DNA of 64,000 nt from Phoronis australis (GCA_002633005.1 NMRA01000055.1:540458-604457); one strand, 5' to 3'; shown: positions 1 to 11,578, counted from the first letter of the stretch. Made by a program: numbers and translations. The notes: a model not told the origin generated them from the sequence alone.

Positions 1-59
1 CCCCCCCCCCCTGCAAGTGCATGAACAACGGTCGCACGAGAGAACACACCGTGTGTCCA

Positions 60-330
60 ATGCAACGCTGCTCACGAGGATGGGAATGAAGACATTCTTC
101 CATACGACACGTGAATTGGTAAACAACATAACATTTGGCCACTGTTCATAGTCTTTCAAGACTGGGGTTGTTTTTCATGACAAGGTGACGTGACTTTGTA
201 TTCTGAAAATAAATAACCGCATTCAATCTTTCACCAGGTTTGACTACCTTAACATTATCCCTTACAATCTTTTTAAGCACATGTTCGTAACTCAGATAAT
301 TATTAGACCAAGGTTGGTCAAAATCCACCG
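60..330 (-). mobile_element. Penelope-like element fragment (RT-to-GIY-YIG linker and start of the GIY-YIG motif), copy 1
   Basis: ORF 146-328 YLSYEHVLKKIVRDNVKVVKPGERLNAVIYFQNTKSRHLVMKNNP resembles the Penelope linker; after a frame break the minus strand reads VVYQFTCRMEECL. Partly repeated at 1307-1513. Confidence 0.6.
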
Positions 331-339
331 AGACATTGT

Positions 340-1231
340 CTTCTCAAGCTAATCAAGCATTAAGTAATGATTAAAAAGTTCTCACGCAAATGCGATAATC
401 TTGCGCCACCAGTTGTTTTTGACATTTTTAACAAAATGATTTTCCCAATTCTCAGTTATGGTGCTGTTGTCATGGGGGTATCGTTGTATTGAGGGTGTCC
501 ATATTAAATTCTGTAAAAGCCCATTAGGTGTCGGTAAAGTTGTAGCAATTAGCGTCGTATTAGGTGAACTTGAGAGATATTCACTTTTTGTTGAGCTGTT
601 TTTAAAGTTGCTCAAATATTGGCTAAAGTTAGTAAAACTACCGCAACCCCAAAATAGTCTACAATATGCTTGTAAAATTAAATGAGTCGGGAAGATCAAC
701 ATGGGCCACTTCTGTTAGAATGTTGTTAATAGATATAGTTTCGGGACCGGTTTGTTTGGCGTCGGATGCGAAGAATTATTCCTAAATACTTTTGAACGAA
801 GAGTCAAGGATTGTTATTTGCAAGAATAGAACATAGACGTGCAAAATAATTTTAATTTTTGTACATATTCACTTTTTAAAACGACGTTTAATCTTGAAGC
901 ATATTTTTCATTTAAGTTACCTCGCTGCTTTATCAGTTCGTTTGCAAGATTCCGCTGTTCAAACCAGACTGATGGTCGAGGTAGGTCGACACTTATCAAT
1001 CGATCAAGACCTCCGAATATGCTCTTTATGTAATCAAAGCCTTGGTTATAATTTTATTGAGGATGAATATCACTTTATTTGTATATGCTCCATTATGATG
1101 ATGTGAGAATTAGAATGTTACCTAGAATATACCGGACCAATCCGACTAATCGTGGATTTCTAAGATTAATGAAAATTTCTGATCCCAGTGTGCTTAAAAA
1201 ACTAATCAAATTTATATATCATGCTTCTGTC
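340..1231 (+). mobile_element. Degenerate non-LTR retrotransposon ORF2 3' end with C-terminal zinc knuckle, copy 1
   Basis: Frameshifted pieces SRFARFRCSN..RLMVEVGRH..DLRICSLCN..IEDEYHFICIC match the RT C-terminal/CCHC region of invertebrate LINEs (RTE-X/CR1-group-like; clade not determined). Confidence 0.75.
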
Positions 1232-1305
1232 TTAAAGGCGAAGGCAACCTTTTTCCATGTCATTTTGAGCTAAAATAAGGTTGGTTGGTTATCCTAGACA
1301 TATTT
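1232..1305. mobile_element. Kolobok-like terminal fragment at a TTAA site, cut by an assembly N
   Basis: TTAA|AGGCGAAGGCAACC... starts where copy 2 of the duplication diverges (CTTAAGGTG at 2421). Bases ~1243-1305 are nearly the reverse complement of ~17073-17133 near the end of the Kolobok element. Confidence 0.5.
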
Positions 1306-1306
1306 N

Positions 1307-2425
1307 AACAACATAACATTTGGCCACTGTTCACAGTCTTTCAAGACTGGGGTTATTTTTCATGACAAGGTGACGTGACTTTGTATTCTGATTATAAATA
1401 ACCGCATTCAATCTATCACCAAGTTTGACTACCTTAACGTTATCCCTTACAATCTTTTTAAGCACATGTTCGTAACTCAGATAATTATTAGACCAAGGTT
1501 GGTCAAAATCCACCGAGACATTGTCTTCTCAAGCTAATCAAGCATTAAGTAATGATTAAAAAGTTCTCACGCAAATGCGATAATCTTGCGCCACCAGTTG
1601 TTTTTGACATTTTTTACAAAATGATTTTCCCAATTCTCAGTTATGGTGCTGTTGTCATGGGGGTATCGTAGTATTGAGGATGTCCATATTAAATTCTGTA
1701 AAAGCCCATTAGGTGTCGGTAAATTTGTAGCAATTAGCGTCGTATTAGGTGAACTTGAGAGATATTCACTTTTTGTTTAGCTGTTTTTTAAAGTTTCTCA
1801 AATATTGGCTAAAGTTAATAAAACTACCGGCTTCACGCAACCCCAAAATAGTCTACAATATGCTTGTAAAATTAAATGAGTCGGGAAGATCAACATGGGC
1901 CACTTCTGTTAGAATGTTGTTAAATAGATATAGTTTCGGGTTTGTTTGGCGTCGGATGCTAAGAATTATTATAATACTTTTGAACGAAGAGTCAAGGATT
2001 GTTATTTGCAAGAATGGAACATAGACGTGCAAAATAATTTTAAATTTTGTACATATTCACTTTTTAAAACGACGTTTAATCTTGAGGCATATTTTTCATT
2101 TAAGTTACCTCGCTGCTTTATCAGTTCGTTTGCAAGATTCCGCTGTTCAAACCACAGACTGATGGTCGAGGTAGGTCGACACTTATCAATCGATCAAGAC
2201 CTCCGAATATGCTCTTTATGTAATCAAAGCCTTGGTTATAATTTTATTGAGGATGAATATCACTTTATTTGTATATGCTCCATTATGATGATGTGAGAAT
2301 TAGAATGTTACCTAGAATATACAGGACCAATCCGACTAATCGTGGATTTCTAAGATTAATGAAAATTTCTGATCCCAGTGTGCTTAAAAAACTAATCAAA
2401 TTTATATATCATGCTTCTGTCTTAA
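1307..2425. repeat. Near-identical tandem copy of 122-1235 (Penelope and LINE fragments)
   Basis: Sequence restarts at AACAACATAACATTTGGCC right after the N at 1306; only scattered SNPs and small indels. Confidence 0.9.
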
Positions 2426-2469
2426 GGTGAAAACTACTTGACGATTGAAACTACTACACATGCGTATGC

Positions 2470-2896
2470 AGTAGAAGACTATCACTTACTTAGAGACGGT
2501 TCAGGTTGGACGCAGACGTTTTGGCCTGGTCCGTCAGGCCTTTTTCGATGAGTGAGGGAGTTTCCGCCCGTTCGCTGATTAAGTATGTTGGAATACACGG
2601 AAGGTAAGTGTAGATCTNGGTCCCGGTTGAAGAGGGGGCGCTGAGTGCTAATATTTATGGATTCTTTTAACTTGCGAGCATACCATTTCTGTTCTTTGGC
2701 TAAGATCTTAGATGATTCTAGGGAGATGGAATGCCCAGTCGCCAATGATTATGTGTTCCCTCACAACTGTGGGTCTGTCTAATTTCTGGTGTTCTTTGAA
2801 TCTGGTTAGGAACGGTCTCTTGGTTTCTCCAGTGTAGGTGTGGTTGGGATCCTGGTCACATTTTAGCTGGTAAATGACCCCACATTATTCTCCAGA
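2470..2896 (-). mobile_element. 5'-truncated Penelope-like element carrying the GIY-YIG endonuclease, with a 12-bp TSD
   Basis: Minus strand reads CGVIYQLKCDQDPNHTYTGETKRPFLTRFKEH...GHSISLESSKILAKEQKWYARKLKESINISTQRPLFNRD. Flanked by ACATGCGTATGC at 2458-2469 and 2897-2908. Confidence 0.85.
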
Positions 2897-2912
2897 ACAT
2901 GCGTATGCGTAT

Positions 2913-3145
2913 TTACTGTATACTTTTTATGGTGTTTGATATGTAAGTAGTGGACCGATGGCCTCGAGTCTGAATAAACGTATAACTGAAAGACATACAG
3001 TTCTTAAGATCGTTCCTAGTGGTCTTAGTACTAGGTTCAGTGTCTACGTGGGAGTCAGTCTTAGATATGAAAGACCTAACATGGTTATCAACAAAAGAAT
3101 TGGTGTAACCACTGTTAACTAGAACTTGTTTTGTGAGTTGAACTT
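2913..3145 (-). mobile_element. Penelope-like RT C-terminal fragment
   Basis: TKQVLVNSGYTNSFVDNHVRSFISK resembles the L..NGYP..F+ motif that follows the Penelope RT. Confidence 0.55.
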
Positions 3146-3522
3146 CAAAATGCCAAGCATGCAAAAAAAAGTCTAGTCGTGTTTTTTTAACGAAATTAAT
3201 GTAAGTATAAGCTTGGGTGCCGTAGCATTCAAATATATTCCAAAATACACTTGGAATTGCTATAGGGAATCGCTTGATCCACTGTCTTGCCCCAAACTGT
3301 GTTGTCGACCTCAAATTCGAAGTGCGATCACACAAGACAATTGCGGTTAGCTGTTTGTGGAATGGACGTGAGCGCATGAGCACATTTATCATAAGTGAGA
3401 TGGAGATAAGAAAGTACGGTAGTGTTCAAAGTATATTTTTGACGAGCTTTCGCGTTCCATATCTCTTTATAGGAGTAGATGTCCGTAAAAATATTTTCAT
3501 ATGCTCTCTTGGGGGGCACATG

Positions 3523-3690
3523 CATGTGCGTACCCAGCCTAAAATATAGGGGGGCTCGAATCATGATAAAATGTGGACCTTTTACTAACGAAAAAAATGG
3601 GGACTAAAAAAACGGGGTACCACGTTCACAGCTGTGAATTGTACATTCGCGCCTTTTTAGTGGACTTGTGTCTTGTTTTCTCGGACTTTT
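3523..3690. mobile_element. Partial MITE, same family as 22551-22814 in inverted orientation
   Basis: CATGTGCGTACCCAGCCTAAAATATAGGGGG...TTTTAGTGGACT aligns to the reverse complement of ~22660-22814. Confidence 0.7.
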
Positions 3691-4196
3691 TGTTCATCTG
3701 AGGNTGGTGTCCTGGTGCATGAAAAGTACCATCACTGCTATGATGACTCGATGACATTCAGTTATCGCTACTAATTTGTTTACATGAATCTTGCACTTGG
3801 TATACGAATTGTTTTGAAAGGATTGTATTGAAGTACATGTGCAAATTAATCCAGTAAATATAGTAAACAGTTTTCCACATTTGCGCCAGGAATCTACATT
3901 TGTATTTCCAAAACCTGGTCGCGAACTCTGCGTGGCATAATTCACTTGACTGTCTCTTAGCCCCAATGTCATTAATCAAACAACACGTGCCCTTTTTGAA
4001 TGGTTTACCCCCAACCTTGTCTTTCTTGGCTGTAACGGGCTCGTTCACACTGGGTGACTCCTATACTGACTAAAACCGCCATTCTTCGAACTTTCCAATT
4101 CACACTCAAATTTCTACCTTAATGGCGGTGCAAACGAGGATTACACAATCATGAGCAGTATACCAATACCATCAAGCACACCCGCGTCAGATTTCG

Positions 4197-4664
4197 TGTC
4201 ACGGATTTCCGTGATAATGTATTGTTCTTGTTTTGACACTTCGCCCATCAGCTGATTCATACTGACCGGAACCAGATGTGTCTCAGCTCAAATGTCCAGC
4301 CATACGTCACAGACAGTTTGTTTACTACAGAGTTCCTTCAACTCCGGAACTGGTTACGTAACAATCTGCCTTATTTGGTCTAGCTTCCTTGTGACGTCGA
4401 ATCATTTATAAGAATTGTTTTGTATTATAGTTTAGTCATTTCCTTAGTATTAGCCCACATGTCATAGTTATTTTGTCAATGTGTATATAAATGACTTGGA
4501 GTGCAGAATAAAATCAGTTGCCATTTAGTCAGCACAACGACACGACTTGTTATTTGGACAGGTTCACTGCTGAACTGTCTAGTTATCACCACTTTGTATC
4601 TACCGACACTGCGAGGCAACTCACACTGCGAACCCCTATACTACATAGCCAGAATTTCCCCACA
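4197..4664 (+). mobile_element. Solo LTR (468 bp, TG...CA) with 5-bp TSD TTTCG
   Basis: Starts TGTCACGG, ends CCCCACA, flanked by TTTCG at 4192-4196 and 4665-4669. Contains a TATA-like TATATAAA and AATAAA. Absent from copy 2 (CAGATTTCGTCTGC near 7175). Confidence 0.85.
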
Positions 4665-4828
4665 TTTCGTCTGCAATCACCCTCCGGTCAGTGTTCTACA
4701 TTTCAGGTTGGGCGAGGTCCTGCACAGACAATTGATCGCAGGGGGGGGGGGTAGGCCTACTTGTTAGACACGACCGTTAACCAATGTAGCTGCCATACCG
4801 TGTTGCTAGTCCATTTCTTTTGATGCTC

Positions 4829-4990
4829 TGATACGCCGTAAAATATAACAATTTTACGTCATTCTTACATGTTACGTTGCTAAGCCTCTCCTAAAATGTA
4901 ACAAGTTGTTACATTTTACGTAGTTGTTACATTTCCCGTCGAACGCGCATGCGAGAAATACATCATTTTTACATTTTACGAAACCCACGG
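4829..4990. repeat. Dispersed MITE-like repeat with TGTAACA/TGTTACA internal motifs; other copies at ~7330-7490 and ~11290-11456 (inverted)
   Basis: Shared terminus GATACGCCGTAAAA and repeated AAATGTAACAAGTTGTTACATTTT palindromes. Confidence 0.6.
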
Positions 4991-5369
4991 CATATTGCAA
5001 AGAAAATTACCAAAATCACGAACAAGTAGTATCTGACACGGCCGGTGGATACTGGAGTATTTTAAGGTGAGGAGTGCCGCCCGAAAAATTTGAATACCTA
5101 CCTGTTTAGAGAGTGGGCTTGAACAAAAAAGTGACCCATTTAGAGACTAATTTGTGTAAAAATTCACATTTTCGCACACTTCTGTTTCAGAAATTCAGGA
5201 AAGCCACCTTTTAGATATAGTTTTGTCGGAAATGGCGCCATTTTGGAGAATATTTTTTCTGTGAAAAAATACCCTGTTGGGCTACACTTCTCGCCTACAT
5301 CTTCTATAGGAATGAGACGGGCTGACACGACATGAATTTGGCTACCCAGTATGATTTTTTATTAGCATT

Positions 5370-6400
5370 ACATTACTATCACTACTGTTACTGTTATTAC
5401 TGCTATTACTACTATCACTAGTATTACTCGTTATCGCTTCGTTTTCGTTATCGTTATGATTATTATTATTAGTATTTTTAAATTTATTGATTGAACACAC
5501 AATACATGTTTAGCAAAGTCCATTGTGATACATCATGTCCTCAAAGATCTTAAAATCATTTCATTTATGGTTCAATGTTGTCATCGGGCTTTCCATAGAG
5601 GATGGCGAGTGCTGTTCGAAAAGGATTTTAGAGGGGCTCCTATATTCAGCTTTAACGATATTGCGAGGAACGTCTTGACAACTGTGGATGCAGAGTAGGG
5701 CTACTTTTTGGAAACGAAGAGGTTGAGATTTAAAATCTTGTTTAGACGTGTAACAACTTCAAAAATTGATTATTTTTTAACTATCGTAAGCACTGTATTA
5801 TTTGTAAATATAATTATAATAATCTGTAGTTTGCCACAAAGAACTGAATTCAGACTGCAATATTGTCTCTGACTTGTTGGAAACATTCCTTGTCAAAGAA
5901 CTGGGGATCGTTCCATGATAATATGTAAGTTCAAAAATTGCGTTAAGTTGAACTCTGGAGGCAGACATTTTTCGGCAATTCTAACGACTAGTTGGCTGCC
6001 GTCAGCGGGTCATTAGAATAGCTGGTAACGGACATACAAAACAAGCACGATTTTATGTGGAATGGACACCAATATTCTTAGAAAAAGGCAGTGATTTAAC
6101 AGAATGACTTCAATTAAGTTTCGCTGAGAGTGGATTGCCGCCAACGTCGAAGTGATGTTTAATATGAGCATTTTTAATTAATCCTTTTGATGCATTGTAT
6201 TAAAATACAATGCATCAAAAGGATTAATATGCCAAATTCCCTTTTCTGCGAGACACGTGACTCCACGTCCAGTCAGCTTCTTTGGACTATTGTCCCTTTA
6301 AATTATCGTCCTAGACCAGGTTTGGGCAAAATGATTATGTCCTTTCAGAGTTCAAAATATTCTCCCTAGCTAGGCATCCCATTTTTACGTATACACGTCA
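5370..6400 (-). mobile_element. Highly degraded LINE (L1/Tx1-like) 3' relic ending in a TAA/TAG-rich simple-repeat tail
   Basis: Minus-strand remnants TYILWNDP...IIIFTNNTVLTIVKK with many stops; low-complexity tail at ~5370-5480. Confidence 0.35.
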
Positions 6401-8574
6401 CGGTTTCATGATCAGCTGTTACCACCGCTTTAAGTAGGTTAGACATCAAGGAATTGCCTTTCAGCGTTCAAGCTGTATTCACCTCTTTCACGAACGCGGG
6501 GCGCTGCTGTCGTGTTGATCGAAAACGAGGCGCCTTGACAAACATGGCATCNAGATGAGACATTAGTGCTGCTGGTTTCCTGGTGCATGAAAAGTACCAT
6601 CACTGCTATGATGACTCAGTGACACTCAGTTATCGCTACTAATTTGTTTACACGGGTCGTGAATCTTGCACTTGGTATCCGAGTTGTTTTGAAAGGATTG
6701 TTTTGAAGTACATGTGCAAATTAATCCAGTAAATATAGTAAACAATTTTCCGCATTTGCGCCAGGAATCTACATTTGTATTTCCAAAACCTGGTCGCGAA
6801 CTCTGCGTGGCATAATTCACTTGACTCTCTCTTAGCCCCAGTGTGATTAATCAAACAACACGTGCCCTTTTTGAATGGTTTACTCCCAACCTTGTCCTTC
6901 TTGGCTGTAACGGGTTCGGTGGGTCAGTGGACTGATTAGTGCGAACTCAAATAGCCTAAGTGTCAGTGTATCTTGTGCTCGAGTTCATTATGGTTCACGT
7001 AGGAGTTTGTTTAAAGTTCACGCTGGGTGACTCCTATACAATAGAGGTAACTGACTAAAACCGCCATACTTCGAACTTTCCAACTCACACTCAAATTTCT
7101 ACCTTAATGGCGGTGCAAACGAGGATTACACAATCATCAGCTGTATACCAATACCATCGAGCACACCCGCGCCAGATTTCGTCTGCAATCACCCTCCGGT
7201 CAGTGTTCTACATTTCAGGTTGGGCGAGGTCCTGCACAGACAATTGATCGCAGGGGGGGACTTGTGAGATATGACCGTTAATCAATGTATCTGCCATACC
7301 GAGTTGCTAGTCCATTTCTTTTGATGCTCTGATACGCCGTAAAATGTAACAATTTTACGTCATTGTTACATGTTACGTTGCTAAGCCTATCCTAAAATGT
7401 AACAAGTTGTTACATTTTACTTAGTTGTTACATTTCCCGTCGAACGCACATGCGAGAAATGTACCATATTTACATTTTACGAAACCCACGACATATTGCA
7501 AAGAATATGACCAAAATCACGAACAAGTGGTATCTGACACGGCCGGTGGATACTGGAGTATTTTAAGGTGAGGAGTGCCGCCCGAAAAATTTGAATACCT
7601 ACCTGTTTAGAGAGTGGGCTCGAACAAAAAAGTGACCCATTTAGTGACTAATTTGTGTAAAAATTCACATTTTCGCACACTTCTGTTTCAGAAATTCAGG
7701 AAAGCCACCTTTTAGATATAGTTTTGTCGGAAATGGCGCCATTTTGGAGAGTATTTTTTCTGTGAAAAAACACCCTGTTGGGCTGACACGACATGAATTT
7801 GGCTACCCAGTATGATTTTTATTAGCATTACATTACTATCACTACTGTTACTGCTATTACTGCTATTACTACTATCACTAGTATTACTCGTTATCGCTTC
7901 GTTTTCGTTATCGTTATGATTATTATTATTAGTATTTTTAAATTTATTGATTGAAGACACAATACATGTTTAGCAAAGTCCATTGTGATACATCATGTCC
8001 TCAAAGATCTTAAAATCATTTCATTTATCGTTCAATGTTGTCATCGGGCTTTCCATAGAGGATAGCGAGTGCTGTTCGAAAAGGATTTTAGAGGGGCTCC
8101 TATGTTCAGCTTTAACGATATTGCGAGGAACGTCTTGACAACTGTGGATGCAGAGTAGGGCTACTTTTTGGAAACGAAGAGGTTGAGATTTAAAATCTTG
8201 TTTAGACGTGTAACAACTTCAAAAATTGATTATTTTTGAACTATTGTAAGCCCTGTATTATTTGTAAATATAATTATAATAATCTGTAGTTTGCCACAAA
8301 GAACTGAATTCAGACTGCAATATTGTCTCTGACTTGTTGGAAACATTCCTTGTCAAAGAACTGGGGATCGTTCCATGATAATATGTAAGTTCAAAAATTG
8401 CGTTAAGTTGAACTCTGGAGGCAGACATTTTTCGGCAATTCTAACGACTAGTTGGCTGCGGTCAGCAGGTCATTAGAATAGCTGGTAACGGACATACAAA
8501 ACAAGCATGATTTTATGTGGAATGGACACCAATATTCTTAGAAAAAGGCAGTGATTTAACAGAATGACTTCAAT

Positions 8575-10541
8575 AGCGGAGTTGCAACGCCGCCATATTG
8601 GAAATGGGTCAGAATGTTGCATTGTGGTTAAGCTGGTAAACAAGTACGTCGGCAAGCGTGGGGTCGAACCGGCCACAGGGAGGTTATACGTGTTGTGTGC
8701 CTGGCATGCTATAATACCAGTTAGCGAAATAAAAAATTTAGTTACTACCTGTTTCCCAAGGATCAAGAACTGCGTTAAACATGGGTCAGAGACATCGGTA
8801 GAGCTGGTAGCAAAGGCCGACTTCGTGAATTCTTTCCGACTTCGTAGCATAAAGTGTGCAGCGCTCATTTTGAGGGCGGCAAGAAAACGTATCTTAGAAA
8901 CTGCCCAACAATATCTCCCTTCAAAGAAACAGTAACAAATACTCCACGGCGGTTGGTAGTGAAAAAAAAACTTGTTTTCGCTTGACCAGAACCAAGCCAA
9001 CATGAGCAATTTTGAGGATAATGCCTCTGCACAATCACCTGTTCTGGGTCGACTCACTTAACGTATGCACACTATATGCATTACGCGCTAAGATAAAGCG
9101 TGCAGATTATTATTATTTACTTTCTACAAAATTGTGGTACATTGCTATCAAAATTCGTTGTTAAATTACGATCATTTTTCATAAAATTTTGTTGAAGTTC
9201 CAGGGCGAAATCTTGCCGACAAATGCGTAGCTGCTGGTCTCGCAATCGTCGATAGGGCTTGAATTCTTAAATAAGAATACAGCTTTGACTCAACAAATTA
9301 CCTGAAATCCTCCTCAAGTTTTCCAAATAGCGTCTCTAAGATTTTTAAGTTCTTGTGAAGTCTGGATTAACTGCAGATTAAGTCCAAATCTACGCTAGAT
9401 TGTAGCACGCAACCCGAGAAAAATCTCTGTGGGAACACATGTTGTTGTCACGTGACGTTTGTTTTGAAGTTTGTATGCGTGTGTGTGAGAGTAAGCGTGC
9501 GTGTGCTTGTCAGAGTTCATTTGCCAGAGTAATGTAATGATCTAGGTGTGCATTGTATCCAAAAAAAAAAAAAATAAGTCAAGCAGTCAAGCAGAGCGTG
9601 TTTTAATATTTACGGCTTAGCACTTGCTGGCCTCATCTGCTAAAAACGTTCGAGAATTTTTTCGGTAAGACCGACATGTCACTCATTGAGTCGCCGGGTG
9701 AGTGGATGCGTGACCGTAGTGTAACAGCTATTTCCCGGAAGATTTGGGGTGTAAGGGTGCGAAGTGGGTCATTTTGACCTTAAAAACACCAATTATGATT
9801 AGTTAAATAATTTCTCTTAAAAATAATGCAGAAGCTTTTTACGGTATTGGAAACTTTCGGAAATTAGTGCCAATATTTATTTGCCGATGCTATGTTACCC
9901 GATTAATCTTCGATGACAGTCGGTACATTATGCAGCGCGCGCTTCTTGGTCGCGTGCTAACACTGGTCGAGTTTTTTTTTTTAGTCTTCGATTCACGGTT
10001 TTCACATGCACAAAGAAGTTTGAGGCCGGAGAAGATCTGTACTGGAAAGAAACAATGCAATCCCGCTCTTTGACAAGTACGCTGTGTCTGTTTTCAAAGT
10101 CCAGACCCGCGTAGTGGGGCACATCCCTCGCAAGAGCAGCAAAACTTCTGCGTTCTTTTTGAATCGCGGCGTAAGTTTGAAGTGTATACGGACATAACGG
10201 TGAGGCTCGTGGTCCGTTACAAATTCAGGCTGTCGGATCTTTCAATTGATAAATTGGAGACGTTAGAACTGTAGGTAAGGGCATTTTTCGCATGTAGTTC
10301 ATGGGCTGGGCGCTTACTTTAGCAAAGTCTGAAAACGCGTTGGGGCACTTGTTGAGCCATGGGCGCTAATTAGGGTGAATAGCGGCAGAATTACATACAG
10401 CAGCGTAGTTTAATGCACGCAAATTACACGTCGTGCAAACCAGTCGGTCATCCCGTTTACCATCAACAATCCCAGTAGCCTTTGCGCACCCTAATTTCCG
10501 GACATGCGCAAATGTTAAATCGATTCGGTTGCAACTCCGCT
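8575..10541. mobile_element. Non-autonomous TIR DNA transposon (~1.97 kb) with 14-bp perfect TIRs and an AT TSD
   Basis: AT|AGCGGAGTTGCAAC...GTTGCAACTCCGCT|AT; the empty site GACTTCAATTAAGTT is visible in copy 1 at ~6106-6120. Confidence 0.9.
9990..10390 (+). pseudogene. HIRAN-like domain relic followed by a pogo/Tigger-like terminal sequence
   Basis: IHGFHMHKEV* ... FDKYAVSVFKVQTRVVGHIPRKSSKTSAFFLNRGVSLKC resembles the HIRAN pattern (RGYH.Y...W...N..D..A+.V....+G++P). GGGCGCTTA/GGGCGCTAATT subterminal repeats follow at ~10305-10387. Confidence 0.55.
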
Positions 10542-10894
10542 ATTAAGTTTCGCTGAGAGTGGATTACCGCCAACGTCGAAGTGATGTTTAATATGAGCAT
10601 TTAATACAATGCATCAAAAGGATTAATAAACCAAATTCCCTTTTCTGCGAGACACGTGACTCCACGTCCAGTCAGCTTCTTTCGACTATTGTCCCTTTAA
10701 ATTATCGTCCTAGACAAGGTTTGGGCAAAATGATTATGTCCTTTCAGAGTTCAAAATATTTTCCCCAGCTAGGCATCCCATTTTTACGTATACACGTCAC
10801 GGTTTCATCTGTTGTTACCACCGCTTTAAGTAAGTTAGACATCAAGGAATTGTCTTTCAGCGTTCAAGCTGTATAACACACGTTACTACGCCAC

Positions 10895-11135
10895 TACACC
10901 ACGGAGAGTGGTTAAGGTGCTGAACTCGAATTATCAGTAGTTTCAGAAGTCGTGGGTTCAAATCCTGCCTAGGACAAAAAAAGTCACACCATGAGTGTAT
11001 CACATATCCGTGCCAACAAAAGATTACAAGAACGCTTTAACAATAAAAAACTTGTTACCTGATCCTGTAAAACTCCTTTCGTGTGGAGTTGAAACTGTAC
11101 GCTGAACACTTTTGACTATACTATAAAACTACTCA
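10895..11135 (+). mobile_element. tRNA(Ser)-derived SINE head or tRNA pseudogene
   Basis: GAGAGTGGTTAAGGTGCTGAACTCGAATTATCAG...GGGTTCAAATCCTGCC has Pol III A and B boxes, a CGA anticodon-like loop and a long variable arm. The acceptor stem does not pair. Confidence 0.55.
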
Positions 11136-11502
11136 TGTTAAAAAAACATGGAAAGTGCATAGGGACAAGTCAACCTGGCAGATTTGATAGAATTTCATTC
11201 ACACTATCCGAGAAAGAAGGCGTTAAGTGTGTCAACGCTTTTCCTCCGTGTGGCAAATACCATGCAAACTCATGAAATATGACGTCGCAGGCTTTCGTAA
11301 AATGTAACAATGGTACATTTCTTGCATGTGCATTCGACGTAAATTCTAACAATTACATAAAACGTAACAACTTGTTACATTTTATGTCATTGTTACATTT
11401 TGCGTTGCTAGGCCTCTCCTAAAATGTAACAAGTTGTTACATTTTACGGCGTATCAATGCTCCGAGATCACTTCCAGTTTGAAAAGTGGTCTAAATCAAA
11501 TG

Positions 11503-11578
11503 CTCGCTGGTTCCCTGCGTGCCGCTAGATGGGGCGGTAGCCGCGCTGGCTGGGCTAAGCACGCAGGGAACCAGCGAG
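11503..11578. mobile_element. 76-bp MITE with 20-bp perfect TIRs and a 9-bp TSD
   Basis: AATCAAATG|CTCGCTGGTTCCCTGCGTGC...GCACGCAGGGAACCAGCGAG|AATCAAATG. Confidence 0.9.

Larger units (their letters stand above)
3705..6478. repeat. Copy 1 of a large segmental duplication (copy 2 at ~6573-10874)
   Basis: Colinear high identity; both copies begin just after single Ns (3704, 6552); they differ by discrete TE insertions. Confidence 0.9.
6573..10874. repeat. Copy 2 of the duplication, interrupted by the 8575-10541 insertion
   Basis: Colinear with 3705-6478 on both sides of the insertion. Confidence 0.9.

Noticed and set aside
7712-7960. Asn/Ser-rich 82-aa ORF
   Set aside because: Translation of a TAA/TAG simple-repeat tail.
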